Source: a virus
Virus record (IMG/VR): IMGVR_UViG_3300032213_002832
Location: 32,001-96,000 of that record
Direction: 5' to 3' (one strand)
Length of the DNA stretch: 64,000 nt
Each line of letters starts with the position of its first letter. Position 1 is the first letter of the stretch. Both the position numbers and the translations under genes were made by a program. Shown here one piece after another: positions 38,630-48,893 of this stretch. The notes under the pieces are model-generated. The model was not told the DNA's origin, did not search any database, and saw only the letters and a list, made by a program, of their open reading frames with translations.

Positions 38630-40027
38630 ATGAGTAACAAAAAATGGCAAATAAAGCATCAAGGTAAGTGGTATTCACTTAATCATATAGTTGATAGTGG
38701 TAAACCTTCTCATGAAGAGGGTGGCGGAAACCATTATCATGTAGATGGTCATGAACCAATTAGCCAGCATGATATTGAAGATATTGACATGAGTGGTCAG
38801 CAAGATCTTAATAAGCGTGAAGATAAAATACCCGGCGGTTTAGCTGATAAGAAGAAACCCTCTGACTTTGATAGTGAGAAATTAAAAGCTGGTATCAAAA
38901 TAGAAATGGAACATACTAGTGATAGAGCTGTAGCTGAAGAAATTGCTATGGATCATCTCACTGAAGATTCAGAGTATTATAAGAAACTAAAAGAAGTAGA
39001 AAAATATGATCGCGTAGAAGTAACCCCTGATGGGAAGCGTGAACTTACATATGGAAAAGAAGATCTGAGTAAAGAACCAGACTTGAAAAAACGTTGGAGT
39101 AAACTTAAAAAAGCACTAGATAGCAGTTCTGCCATAATGGATTTAGCTGAAGAGAGTGGAGATGATGAGTCAGATGCTCAACCTGAAGCCCAACCAGATG
39201 CTCAGCCTGAAGGCGACGTTGACCAAAGTGCTCAGCCTCAACCAGACGCACAACCAGAAGATAGCGGTCAAGATGATTCACAGCAAGAAGATGAAGCACA
39301 AAAAGAACAAGAAGTAATTGACTTCCTTCGCCAAGAAGGGTATGATGATACAGAAATCGCATATATTGTACGAAACCACAGTATCCCTATCCCTACAAAA
39401 GATGATAATGCCGCACAAAATGAAGCAGCTAAGGGAGAAATGGAGCAAGCACACTTACAAGAAAAACACGAACTTTCTCATGCGCATAAACAAGATGCTC
39501 ATGAACAAGAACGTCAACAAGATGACGAAGAATATAAGGTTAGGCTAGAGCACAAGAAGCGTATGTCAGAAGTTGAATACGAAAAAGCCAAATCTGACCT
39601 AGTAGATCCTAGTTTAGCTGGAGAGCATAAAAAGAAAATGCTTGATATTGAAGTTGAAATAGCTAGTAAGAAAAAAGAGCAAGCAGCTTTAGAGGTTGAA
39701 CATAAGAAGCGCATGTTAGACTTAGAATATGAGAAAGCTCATAAAGAAGCTAATAAAGAAGATCCAGCAGAAGCTACACAGAAAGAGCAATTACAATTTG
39801 AATTAGACATGAAGAGGATGGAGAAGGAGCTTGAACTTGAATTTAAAAAGAAAGAATTAGCTCTTAAACTAAAACTCACAGAAGAAGCAGCAAAACAAAA
39901 ACATGAACATGCTAAGCAGCAGTTTGAGTCAGACGCGGCAGTTAATTCTCAAGTAAAAGAGAACCAAGCTAAACATAAAATAGCTGAATCTAAAAAACCA
40001 CCAGTTAAGGAGAAAAAAGGTGAATAA
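38630..40027 (+). CDS. DUF5661-like domain protein with QPDA and EHKKRM repeats
   Basis: IPGGLAD..GIKIEMEHT..A.EIAMDHL.E...YY..L; QPD/EA repeats; EHKK(R/K)M x3. Confidence 0.65.
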   Translation: MSNKKWQIKHQGKWYSLNHIVDSGKPSHEEGGGNHYHVDGHEPISQHDIEDIDMSGQQDLNKREDKIPGGLADKKKPSDFDSEKLKAGIKIEMEHTSDRAVAEEIAMDHLTEDSEYYKKLKEVEKYDRVEVTPDGKRELTYGKEDLSKEPDLKKRWSKLKKALDSSSAIMDLAEESGDDESDAQPEAQPDAQPEGDVDQSAQPQPDAQPEDSGQDDSQQEDEAQKEQEVIDFLRQEGYDDTEIAYIVRNHSIPIPTKDDNAAQNEAAKGEMEQAHLQEKHELSHAHKQDAHEQERQQDDEEYKVRLEHKKRMSEVEYEKAKSDLVDPSLAGEHKKKMLDIEVEIASKKKEQAALEVEHKKRMLDLEYEKAHKEANKEDPAEATQKEQLQFELDMKRMEKELELEFKKKELALKLKLTEEAAKQKHEHAKQQFESDAAVNSQVKENQAKHKIAESKKPPVKEKKGE

Positions 40028-40337
40028 GATTGAAGCACTTATAAAAGCATTATCAGATGTAAAAGAGAAACTTACAAAAGATGCTTTAGATGACAAGATT
40101 AAAGCTAAAATGAAAGCTGAAATGGATAAGCGTAATTTTGGTGATAAGCAAGTTGCTGACCATTTACGTGACACAGACGAATCTATTCCTGCTGCCCAAC
40201 GTAGTAATATCAAAAACTCACTTAAGATACAAAATGCTCCAAAACCTAAACTAACAATAGTTAAGGGTGAGGAGTGTTATAAGATCAGTGATTTAGGTCA
40301 ATGGGGTATTGAAAAGAAGGATAAAGATAATGGCTAG
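40020..40337 (+). CDS. small putative head-internal protein
   Basis: LIK|A, LTK|D, C-terminal LGQWGIEK. Confidence 0.55.
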   Translation: MNKIEALIKALSDVKEKLTKDALDDKIKAKMKAEMDKRNFGDKQVADHLRDTDESIPAAQRSNIKNSLKIQNAPKPKLTIVKGEECYKISDLGQWGIEKKDKDNG

Positions 40338-40749
40338 AAAACAAGATATAGACTGGTCTGACTGGAAAGGTTCTGTTCAATTAACACAACATCCATTATC
40401 AGCACCTATTAATACTAATCTTAAAAAAGGTGCTGATGTTGTTAATAATTTCTTATCGACATGTGCTCAATCTATCTTACGAGATATACCAAAACAACCA
40501 ACAAATGAACGAATGTTTGGTCATCTTGTAAAAACAGAAGCAGAAATTAAGGCTATCAATAAAAAGTGGGAAAATAGCATACACAATCATAAAGAGTTAT
40601 ATAAGCCCATTGATCATCTTAATAAGTCTAAAATAGAAGCTACGTGGGGTGAAGGTAAGTCTTTCAATAGTTTGCTTAAAGAGCAACTCTCTAAAGAGGA
40701 ATTAGCACAAAGAAATATGTGCGTTCAAGATATTGATGTTGCGAAATAA
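40330..40749 (+). CDS. hypothetical protein (LKK|G, LNK|S motifs)
   Basis: ORF coupled to upstream gene. Confidence 0.6.
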   Translation: MARKQDIDWSDWKGSVQLTQHPLSAPINTNLKKGADVVNNFLSTCAQSILRDIPKQPTNERMFGHLVKTEAEIKAINKKWENSIHNHKELYKPIDHLNKSKIEATWGEGKSFNSLLKEQLSKEELAQRNMCVQDIDVAK

Positions 40750-40828
40750 TACTCTATAGTATGATATACTAGTATAGTGTGATTTAAGAGTGACCTAGGG
40801 TGGTCATGCTTGGAAATGGGTGTAAAAT

Positions 40829-41824
40829 ATGTATGAAAAAAGACTCCCAGCAGTCTCTATACGAGCCTTTACTTCCGATGGTGGTACGCTTGGTCGCATA
40901 TTAACTACTCAAGCCCAAGATTTTAAAGTAAAACAACAAGTTATATTAAATTCTAATACCGCTGGCCAATCACGATTAGAGGTTAAGCGCGTAGAATCCG
41001 CTACAGTTTTATATGTAGGTCCTATTTCTACGCCCATCACTGCTAGAAGTGATATATCTAATTATTTAGTAGCAGATTCAGCTTCTATACAAGCAGATGA
41101 ACAACCACGTCCTACCATACCCGAACAAGAAATAGAGCGTTTAACTTACGAAGAAGAACCGACTGTAGCTAGGCGTACAGTTTTAGTAGATGCTTTAGGT
41201 AATAAATATAGCGATACCAATCCATTGCCAGTACAAGTTGATGGTGATATCAATGTTGGCGATATCAATGTAAGATTGTCACATTTAGATAATGTGCCTA
41301 ATCCAGGTGATATCGCCGACTCTGTTCGTGTAGGTGATGGTACTGATCTTTTAGGTATTAATGCCGATGGTAGTATTAATGTTGTAGATGATGCTTTAGC
41401 TGACTTGGTTACTGAAACTAATAACTTAATCACTGATAGTAATACTTTACTTGATGATATTAATACTCAATTAACCAGCGGTACGATTAAAGTAGACGAT
41501 GACCAAACACAAACCGCACTCAATAACATTCTAGGACAATTACAAGCCGGTGGTATAATCATAGGGACTGAGAACGGCACACCAACTGGTGTTCAGCATG
41601 TTTTTGTTAATAATATCAAAGAGATGATATTAAAAGCGAAAGATAGAACTGGGACAATAGTGTACGCAGATTTTGGAACTAAAGATCAGCGCATTACTAA
41701 AATCACATATACGGCACCAAGTATCGGAACCGGAGCTGGCTTTACAGCTGAAAAAACATTCACTTACACCCAAGTCGGAAATCGCTATCGAAGAGATACT
41801 CCTGGCAATTGGTCTTTGGTATAA
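40829..41824 (+). CDS. putative virion structural protein
   Basis: NPLPV and LGINADGSINV fibre-type motifs, short coiled coil. Confidence 0.55.
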   Translation: MYEKRLPAVSIRAFTSDGGTLGRILTTQAQDFKVKQQVILNSNTAGQSRLEVKRVESATVLYVGPISTPITARSDISNYLVADSASIQADEQPRPTIPEQEIERLTYEEEPTVARRTVLVDALGNKYSDTNPLPVQVDGDINVGDINVRLSHLDNVPNPGDIADSVRVGDGTDLLGINADGSINVVDDALADLVTETNNLITDSNTLLDDINTQLTSGTIKVDDDQTQTALNNILGQLQAGGIIIGTENGTPTGVQHVFVNNIKEMILKAKDRTGTIVYADFGTKDQRITKITYTAPSIGTGAGFTAEKTFTYTQVGNRYRRDTPGNWSLV

Positions 41825-41835
41825 AAGAGGGAACT

Positions 41836-43911
41836 ATGAAAACAATATTAGCAGACTTAGTAGCAAACGTAGGCAATACCTATGATCAAACCCGTACCAC
41901 AATCCAAGGTAGGGTATCGTCGAAGGTTATCAATACACAGACCGTACTTGGTCCTCCTTTAACAAAGTTTATTGACGTTTTTTCCGATACTGGACAAACG
42001 CCAACAGGTACAATCCGTGTTACTGATGCCAATAGACTTTTTGTGTGTGGAGCACCGACAGCGGGTAATATACCAATATTACTATACGATTTTAATTTAA
42101 CGACTGGCGCTTACGCTTATGTCGGCCGTATTAACGTAGCTATGCCAAACACAGCATCTACTACGCATACCATAAGAGCCTTAAGGGTTGCAGTCGACTC
42201 TACAAACACTGGCTGGAAGATTTTTTTAGTCACAACTGGATCAGTAACTATAAACGGTGGTACTTTTTTAATTAATAGTATCGACAAAACCGATTTCACT
42301 CCAGGTGGTACGTCCATCCCATTCGCAACAGCAAATAACCAAAAAGCTGTATATTTCTTGCAAGATCCAGCAAATATTGGAGCTGGACAACTTAACATTG
42401 CATCGGTTGGTGCTGCTTACGTTTCTTCAACAAATAAACTATATGTTCATAACGGTGTTGCAGCAACACATCAATACTATGTATATGACACGACTACCAG
42501 TCCAACTTACACAACCAATACCGTCAACGTATCTGTAGCATCTCCCGGTGTTGTCTCGGATGCCGGACACAGTTTTGTCCTTAATACGCCCGTTGTTTTT
42601 ACTAGTGGTCCTTTGCCGACTGGACTTGTCGTGGGTACGGTTTACTTCGTCAACAACCCTGTTGCTGGTGTAAGTTATGAATTAAAAGCAACTACAGGTG
42701 GTTCATCAATTAACACAACCGGCTCCCCCGCGACTGGAGTTGCGATAGGTAGAGCTTTTGGAACTACTGGTTCAAATTTTGTGCATAAAACTGGTAACTT
42801 ACCCGCATTATCAGGAACCCTGCTTGCTAACGACTCTGAAGAGTATGCCGTTCCGGTTGCTTCGCCAATCAACGGTGGTGTGCTTAACGGTAATGATTGT
42901 GTATTTTTAGCTACTACAACCAACTTATATTTGGGGTTAATTTCTCAACTAACGTCCGGCGCAGTTACTTGGACCTCTTTGTCAAACTCGAACACATTGG
43001 GTACAGTTAATCAAATCACGGCACCTACACCAACATTCGCAACTTGGTCAAACATATTAGATCAAGCTGTTTATATCACAAACACCTCAAAATTTGTATC
43101 GAAAAAATTAGAAAACAACGTCATCAGATCTATTACCGGCGAACTAAATAATCAATACTATGAAGGATTTTCTCCAGCAACTATTGAATTAGGCTTAGTT
43201 ACTGTCGTCGCTCTCACCAGAAGAGATGGTTGGATTTTTGCAGCGGGTGGTACGACAGGGCAAAGAGGAGTAATTGCTGCCGACTTTAAATCTGATTATT
43301 CAAATGATTTTTCCTATATCGTTACAAAAGTCTTAGATAATCAAAACGCCAAATTAAGATTTTATACTACTTATGAACAACTTTGGGATTCGACTGGTAA
43401 CATCAAGCTTCAGTATAGAACCTCTGGCTTTGGATCTATCAGCGGTGGCTGGATAGATGTTCCAGAATACGAAGACTTGGCTGGTTTGGTGATAGGAAGT
43501 AATCAAATACAGTTTAAGATTTCATTCAGCCTGCAATCAGAAGGAGCATCAGCTCCCGCTCAAGTTAATGAGTTAATAGCCGGTATTGATCCAAATGATG
43601 GGGTTAGTGATAATTGGGAATTTAGCGATGATTTCTCTGACAATGGTGTGCCATCAAGATCCGCATTCAGGTTAAAATTAGCATACGCTTCTGTCGTACC
43701 TACTCTTTATTATAGAGCATATGACTTATCAGATGCTCTATTGATTAATAACAACTCGGTCACTAATGCCGCCAACTTTGAATACTCAACCAATAATGGT
43801 ACATCATGGTTGCCTTTGGGAACTATCCCCAATACTGTAGGTACTTTAGTTAGGTATTCATTTACTACACCCCCAGGAGTTGATGTGCGCCCAGGACTTA
43901 AGGAGTCATAA
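41836..43911 (+). CDS. large T/G/S/N-rich beta protein (fibre or receptor-binding candidate)
   Basis: about 690 aa, beta-rich, ASPGVV..H......V.F...LPTGL..GTVYFV module; RBS GAGGGA. Confidence 0.55.
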   Translation: MKTILADLVANVGNTYDQTRTTIQGRVSSKVINTQTVLGPPLTKFIDVFSDTGQTPTGTIRVTDANRLFVCGAPTAGNIPILLYDFNLTTGAYAYVGRINVAMPNTASTTHTIRALRVAVDSTNTGWKIFLVTTGSVTINGGTFLINSIDKTDFTPGGTSIPFATANNQKAVYFLQDPANIGAGQLNIASVGAAYVSSTNKLYVHNGVAATHQYYVYDTTTSPTYTTNTVNVSVASPGVVSDAGHSFVLNTPVVFTSGPLPTGLVVGTVYFVNNPVAGVSYELKATTGGSSINTTGSPATGVAIGRAFGTTGSNFVHKTGNLPALSGTLLANDSEEYAVPVASPINGGVLNGNDCVFLATTTNLYLGLISQLTSGAVTWTSLSNSNTLGTVNQITAPTPTFATWSNILDQAVYITNTSKFVSKKLENNVIRSITGELNNQYYEGFSPATIELGLVTVVALTRRDGWIFAAGGTTGQRGVIAADFKSDYSNDFSYIVTKVLDNQNAKLRFYTTYEQLWDSTGNIKLQYRTSGFGSISGGWIDVPEYEDLAGLVIGSNQIQFKISFSLQSEGASAPAQVNELIAGIDPNDGVSDNWEFSDDFSDNGVPSRSAFRLKLAYASVVPTLYYRAYDLSDALLINNNSVTNAANFEYSTNNGTSWLPLGTIPNTVGTLVRYSFTTPPGVDVRPGLKES

Positions 43912-43913
43912 TA

Positions 43914-45263
43914 ATGGCTAATTTCTTAGTTAGAAATAATTTTTATCAAGGCACGAGTCAAGCATGTATCGTGGATTTAACACCGCCTACATTCGCGGGC
44001 ATTAACTTCCTTGATGTTGAGTCTAGAGGTCAAATAAGGTCTGGGTGGTCGGCAGCAACCGACGCATCAGCTCCTATTCGGTACGAGGTCTATATCAAGG
44101 CTTCGACCGCAACTGGCCTTTTTAACTTCGCTAATATCATTGCAGTAACACCAAACCTCCAGTACGATATCTTTACTCTACCAGATGGATCTTTCTTACA
44201 AAACGGAGTAACTTACTTTGTTGGAGTAAGGGCGATAGATGGTGTTAATAATAGAGATAGTAATACTATATCTCAAAGTGTTATTTCAACTGGTGTCTTA
44301 ACCACAATTGATACATATAACGTAAGTTGCAGTTTCTCTAATGACAATAACGATGATTTCAATTTGACGGCGTGGGCGGACAAGAATGGATCTCTAGCCG
44401 TTGCTCCTTCTGCGACTGTCGGTGTAGCGAATTATCAAGTGTATGATGAAAACGGCGCTGCTGTAGCTGGTATGTCAGGTTCTGGCATATCGGCTAATGT
44501 CAATGGATTATTCATATTTCCTCCCGTAGCAGACCTGACGAACCGACTCACTGAACATTATCAAGTTAGGGTGGGAATCATTGTAGACTCAGAAGAAAGA
44601 GTTAATTATACGCCAATAGACAGTTTCCAGAGAAATTATGAGATTGCTGGTATTGCTGATGCTGACGCTACTGGACAGATTGTTGGATCTTTCTGGATCA
44701 ACAGAAATGGTTCGATCGTTACTACTGGACTTGGTGATGGATCGTATCAATTATTTACATCTGACGGGATTGCGCTACCACTCACGGAATCTGGAATATC
44801 GGCCGATTCAAATGGATTTTTCGTAATAACTCCGGTATTCTCCCCCTTCCCGCTAGATCCAACCAGGCCATTTATTGTAAGAGCTGTTGTTGACATTGAC
44901 GGTCATATGCATGAACAAAACCTCATTCTGGGCAATGAGCAAGAAGTCTTTGATATTAAAGCTGTATTCTCGATTAATGCGTCTAACCAGCTTCGTGCTA
45001 CCTTTTGGTGTGCTAAAAATCATGAACAGATCAGCGGTGTTGTACTTGGAACAGCTAGTTATCAAGTATATGATGCCTCTGGAGCGGCTGTTTCTGGATT
45101 GACACAGTCTGGTTTAACCGCCGATGGAAATGGCTATTATCAAATCACTCCGGTTTTGGCTACATTAATAACCGATTTAACTCATTACACCGTTAAAATC
45201 ACTATGACGGTAGCTGGTTATCCAAGGATTGCAAGTAAAGCCTTCACTCTTTTAGGTACATAA
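43914..45263 (+). CDS. FN3-like plus repeated Ig-like domain structural protein
   Basis: DLTPPTFAGI..WSAATD..YEVY..YFVGVRAID FN3 pattern; three YQ(V/L)...G...SG...D/NG repeats. Confidence 0.6.
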   Translation: MANFLVRNNFYQGTSQACIVDLTPPTFAGINFLDVESRGQIRSGWSAATDASAPIRYEVYIKASTATGLFNFANIIAVTPNLQYDIFTLPDGSFLQNGVTYFVGVRAIDGVNNRDSNTISQSVISTGVLTTIDTYNVSCSFSNDNNDDFNLTAWADKNGSLAVAPSATVGVANYQVYDENGAAVAGMSGSGISANVNGLFIFPPVADLTNRLTEHYQVRVGIIVDSEERVNYTPIDSFQRNYEIAGIADADATGQIVGSFWINRNGSIVTTGLGDGSYQLFTSDGIALPLTESGISADSNGFFVITPVFSPFPLDPTRPFIVRAVVDIDGHMHEQNLILGNEQEVFDIKAVFSINASNQLRATFWCAKNHEQISGVVLGTASYQVYDASGAAVSGLTQSGLTADGNGYYQITPVLATLITDLTHYTVKITMTVAGYPRIASKAFTLLGT

Positions 45264-45808
45264 TGGCTATTTCACGGAAATTATTAGCTCACGAAGATAA
45301 TGAGACTGTGCAATGGTTAAAAGTTGACCATGCCAGTCGTTACATTCAGATGCATAGTTCCGATTGGCAATTCCTATTCAATCCAGAGAGTACCCTTTCG
45401 GCCAGTGAACAGATTATCAAGATCGCTGCCAAATTTGATGATAATACTTTCAATAATATCCGAATGAGTGCGTACCTTTATGATCAGCAAAATGCGACAA
45501 TTGGCAATGCAGCGACATGTGTATTTAAAGTATACAAGGTATCTGGAGCTGATTGGGTAGAAACCTTACTTGCGACAGTTAATGGAACTCAACTCTCAAA
45601 TAATTATTTTTATGTCGCGCCAGACCTCAATACTTTGGGTAACTTAGACTATCAGGGCGGCGATACTATCATGATAGAAGCTACCATAATTAGGCTTACG
45701 ACTACTTATAGAGATAGAATCTATGTCAATCACTTGGGTATCTACGACAACATAACACGACTTCGCGGGGACGTGGAATTCCTAGAAGTTACAAAGATGG
45801 ATGAATAA
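45263..45808 (+). CDS. hypothetical structural protein
   Basis: TAATG-coupled to upstream gene. Confidence 0.55.
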   Translation: MAISRKLLAHEDNETVQWLKVDHASRYIQMHSSDWQFLFNPESTLSASEQIIKIAAKFDDNTFNNIRMSAYLYDQQNATIGNAATCVFKVYKVSGADWVETLLATVNGTQLSNNYFYVAPDLNTLGNLDYQGGDTIMIEATIIRLTTTYRDRIYVNHLGIYDNITRLRGDVEFLEVTKMDE

Positions 45809-45809
45809 C

Positions 45810-46292
45810 ATGGTTAGAAAATATGCAATTCTAAAAAATCAAGTAATTACAGAAATCCTCTCTCTAGAGGAAGAGCAGGTTGCTGACGCAGCTCGTAATG
45901 CCGAAACTATCATCGATATCGAAGATATGTTACCACTTCCAGCAATTGGATATATTCTTAATGGAAATACCTTGCAAATTCCGCAAGGGTTAAGTTCTCG
46001 TGAAGAATTTGAAATTGAACTTAACAATCGAAAGTCAATTTTTGGTTCTGAACTGGCCAGAGAATCTGTCAATAGGATTGGAGCGAGAAACAAGATACTT
46101 AATAAGACTGGAGCGCAAGTTACAGCTCTTTTGACTACGCTGCTCGGAGTTAAATCTTTGATGGAGACCGGAGCATTAGGCACTGCCAGAAACGCCTGTA
46201 ATCAACTTAAGTATGTGTACACGGAATATACTGATATATTTGATTTAATCATACAAAAAATTAATGCTTTTGAGGCTACCAATGGCCTCTAA
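45810..46292 (+). CDS. tail-fibre-assembly-like protein
   Basis: YAILKNQVITEIL..P.IGY.LNG N-terminus typical of fibre chaperones. Confidence 0.45.
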   Translation: MVRKYAILKNQVITEILSLEEEQVADAARNAETIIDIEDMLPLPAIGYILNGNTLQIPQGLSSREEFEIELNNRKSIFGSELARESVNRIGARNKILNKTGAQVTALLTTLLGVKSLMETGALGTARNACNQLKYVYTEYTDIFDLIIQKINAFEATNGL

Positions 46293-46773
46293 AACTATCA
46301 TAGTGGGTTTCTCCCACGGCAAAACTATCTTCAGTAAACTTATATCCTTCCTTACACGCCAGGAGATAAGTCATTGCTACACTAGAATTCCTTTTGAAGG
46401 TGATGAAAAATTATCTACTGTTTTTCATGCGGCAGGCTTTAATGTTCACTATATGAATTACAACTATTTCAAAACTTTTCAGAAAAAGATCATTTCAGAG
46501 TACAAAATAGAACTAACTGATGAACAGTGGCTAGAAGCACAAAAGTTCAGGTTCGAAAATGCTGGCAAACCATATGGTTGGAAGCAAATTTTGGGATACC
46601 TATGGATTTTAATTAATAAAAAACTCAATAATCCCTGGGCTGATGGTGATAAAAGCCACGTTTGTGTAGAAGTGGTAGCTAAGTCTTTGGGTTTACCTGA
46701 CGCAGAAAAATTACTTCCACATGAATTAGAGGTAATAATGAAGTCAATGCCTTCAAGTACATTATTGATCTAG
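46282..46773 (+). CDS. permuted papain-like (YaeF/YiiX, NlpC/P60) amidase
   Basis: SKLI..LT...SHC, GKPY, CVEVV (His before Cys). Confidence 0.75.
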   Translation: MASKTIIVGFSHGKTIFSKLISFLTRQEISHCYTRIPFEGDEKLSTVFHAAGFNVHYMNYNYFKTFQKKIISEYKIELTDEQWLEAQKFRFENAGKPYGWKQILGYLWILINKKLNNPWADGDKSHVCVEVVAKSLGLPDAEKLLPHELEVIMKSMPSSTLLI

Positions 46774-47507
46774 TGTGGTTTTTGTTCCATAGCGTGAATC
46801 CTATCTTTTAAGTCATTCTCTCTTTGCTTTTGTACTGCTTTAACATCTTTTATTCGAAGTTCAAATTCATCCTTTATTTCTTTTCTCTCACTTCTTACCT
46901 TAGCATACGCGTGGTCTAATGCCTTTCTAGTTTCAGCATTCATCTCGAGTTGTTTTTGTTTATGTTTTTCCATTAGTTCTATAAAATCTTTAGATAATAA
47001 TGATATCTTCTCTTCTCTTGCCTGTTGAATTGTATCCCACGCAGTCTTTACTTGTTTATCATGGGCCTCACATGAGACAATCTCTGCCTTTTCGGCTTCT
47101 TCTTTATTTTTAAAGCCTTCATAAGAAAAATCATCACACCTTCTTTTAACCTCTTGGTCAATTAGACTACGCATAGCCTCAAAATCTTCTTCATTCCATG
47201 TAGATATTATCGAGTCTACTTCGTGTATTTCTACTGGCCATGCCGATTTATGCTTCTCTTGTATCACACTCTCTACTGTCTCATATTCCGCCATATTAGC
47301 TTCATAACTATCCGTCAATTCAGTAGTCAACTCTTCATCTATAGATTCAATTTCTTTTTTATTTTGCTCAACTTCATATACTAAGTCTACTTTGAGTTTC
47401 TCGATAGATATACTACCTTTAGAAGTTGTTAATTTGACGGTTGATTTCTGAACTGGATCAGAGCCACAACCCACTAATAAGACTAAGCCCAATAAGCACC
47501 CTCTCAT
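46770..47507 (-). CDS. coiled-coil lipoprotein
   Basis: signal peptide with lipobox LVG|C, E/K-rich helices. Confidence 0.7.
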   Translation of the reverse strand: MRGCLLGLVLLVGCGSDPVQKSTVKLTTSKGSISIEKLKVDLVYEVEQNKKEIESIDEELTTELTDSYEANMAEYETVESVIQEKHKSAWPVEIHEVDSIISTWNEEDFEAMRSLIDQEVKRRCDDFSYEGFKNKEEAEKAEIVSCEAHDKQVKTAWDTIQQAREEKISLLSKDFIELMEKHKQKQLEMNAETRKALDHAYAKVRSERKEIKDEFELRIKDVKAVQKQRENDLKDRIHAMEQKPH

Positions 47508-47695
47508 AAGTCCTCCTTATCTTTAGGATCATTAGCATAGTCTAAAAGTTTAGTGAGCTCTTCTACGGCCCCAGATACTTGGTGTAGTCGCACCTCTAAT
47601 TCTTGAACTAGGTTTAGCATATTTTCACGCTGTTCAACCAATGACAAAGCCTCTTTATTCAAACCTTTTATCCTATCTTCAATCACACTTCTCAT
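47504..47695 (-). CDS. small coiled-coil protein
   Basis: GAGG RBS, ATGA overlap with lipoprotein. Confidence 0.65.
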   Translation of the reverse strand: MRSVIEDRIKGLNKEALSLVEQRENMLNLVQELEVRLHQVSGAVEELTKLLDYANDPKDKEDL

Positions 47696-47767
47696 CTATA
47701 ACCTCTATTTTAGAGCTAATATTATGATATTATAGTATTAGTGTTATTTTACCCTCGAGGATTTTTT

Positions 47768-48184
47768 ATGAGCGATATACAACAATTTATTCTCAATAAA
47801 CTTGAGAAGTTAGATGAAAAACTCGATGAAGTTAGAGAACAAAATATCAAAATTAAAGCTGATTTTGATTCGCACGCAACAATAGATCAAGAAATACATG
47901 AAGAAGTGGTTAAATTAACTAGCAGTATAGATAACCACTCAAAATCATTAGATGAATACAATCGACAATTAGAAATACATATTAGGGGAGTCAACACGTT
48001 AGATAAAAAAGTTGACATCTTAGAGCAAAAAGTACTACCTATACTGATAGAGAAAACAGATACAGAAGTAGTTAAAAAGTGGTGGAGTGTCCGTTTTGCT
48101 ACTATTTTAAAAATAGCCGGCTGGTTATCCGGTATCGCTGGCCTAGTTGTAGTGATATTAGAGCTGATTTCTAAATTAAGTTAA
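47768..48184 (+). CDS. coiled-coil protein with C-terminal TM (holin/XhlA-like)
   Basis: heptad repeats, C-terminal hydrophobic helix. Confidence 0.5.
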   Translation: MSDIQQFILNKLEKLDEKLDEVREQNIKIKADFDSHATIDQEIHEEVVKLTSSIDNHSKSLDEYNRQLEIHIRGVNTLDKKVDILEQKVLPILIEKTDTEVVKKWWSVRFATILKIAGWLSGIAGLVVVILELISKLS

Positions 48185-48255
48185 CATTAAGGTATAATTG
48201 ACATATCCGCCACAAGTAAATTTGCTTGTGTACTAACTAATATAAAGGAAAAGTT

Positions 48256-48882
48256 ATGGCCGGCCAAAGCAAAGCATCAATGAGAAAGAAGTTGCGCTCA
48301 GCATTAGCACACAAAAAAGCAGCAGACAAATTATTGGATTCTATTGTAACTTCACAAACAAAGTGGAATAGTGCAATGGCCAAACTACAAGCAGATAATC
48401 CTGCTTCATTAGATACCAACTACACAGCAACTCAAGCAATCACACCTAAATATGAAGCTGATGGCGAAGGTTCAGATGCTCAGCACAAGGTAAGTTTGCG
48501 CAATACAATGAGATCAGCACTTGCTCACAGAAAATTAGCTGATGAACTATGTGATGCGTTAGAAGAAATACAAACTGCGCATAACGCACTAATGGCAAAA
48601 CTAGATGCGGAAGCTGGAACACTTAATGATACAAACTATGTAGCATTAATTGCTGTAACACCAATCGATAGAGATGGTGAAGGTTCAGAAGCTCAGCACA
48701 AAGTAAGTTTAAGAAAATCATTAGTTTCTGCGTTAGCAAATAAATCACTCGCAGATAGTATTCTTGATTCAATTTGGTCTTTACAAACAGCATTAAACTC
48801 AGAGTTGGCTTTATTAAATACTAGTGTTGTTGCGGGATCTAGTGCGCGAGTCGTATCAGTAATTCAACCAGACGCTGAATAA
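48256..48882 (+). CDS. triple-repeat helical protein
   Basis: K.S(M/L)R....SALA....AD...D three times. Confidence 0.7.
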   Translation: MAGQSKASMRKKLRSALAHKKAADKLLDSIVTSQTKWNSAMAKLQADNPASLDTNYTATQAITPKYEADGEGSDAQHKVSLRNTMRSALAHRKLADELCDALEEIQTAHNALMAKLDAEAGTLNDTNYVALIAVTPIDRDGEGSEAQHKVSLRKSLVSALANKSLADSILDSIWSLQTALNSELALLNTSVVAGSSARVVSVIQPDAE

Positions 48883-48893
48883 GGAATAATAGT

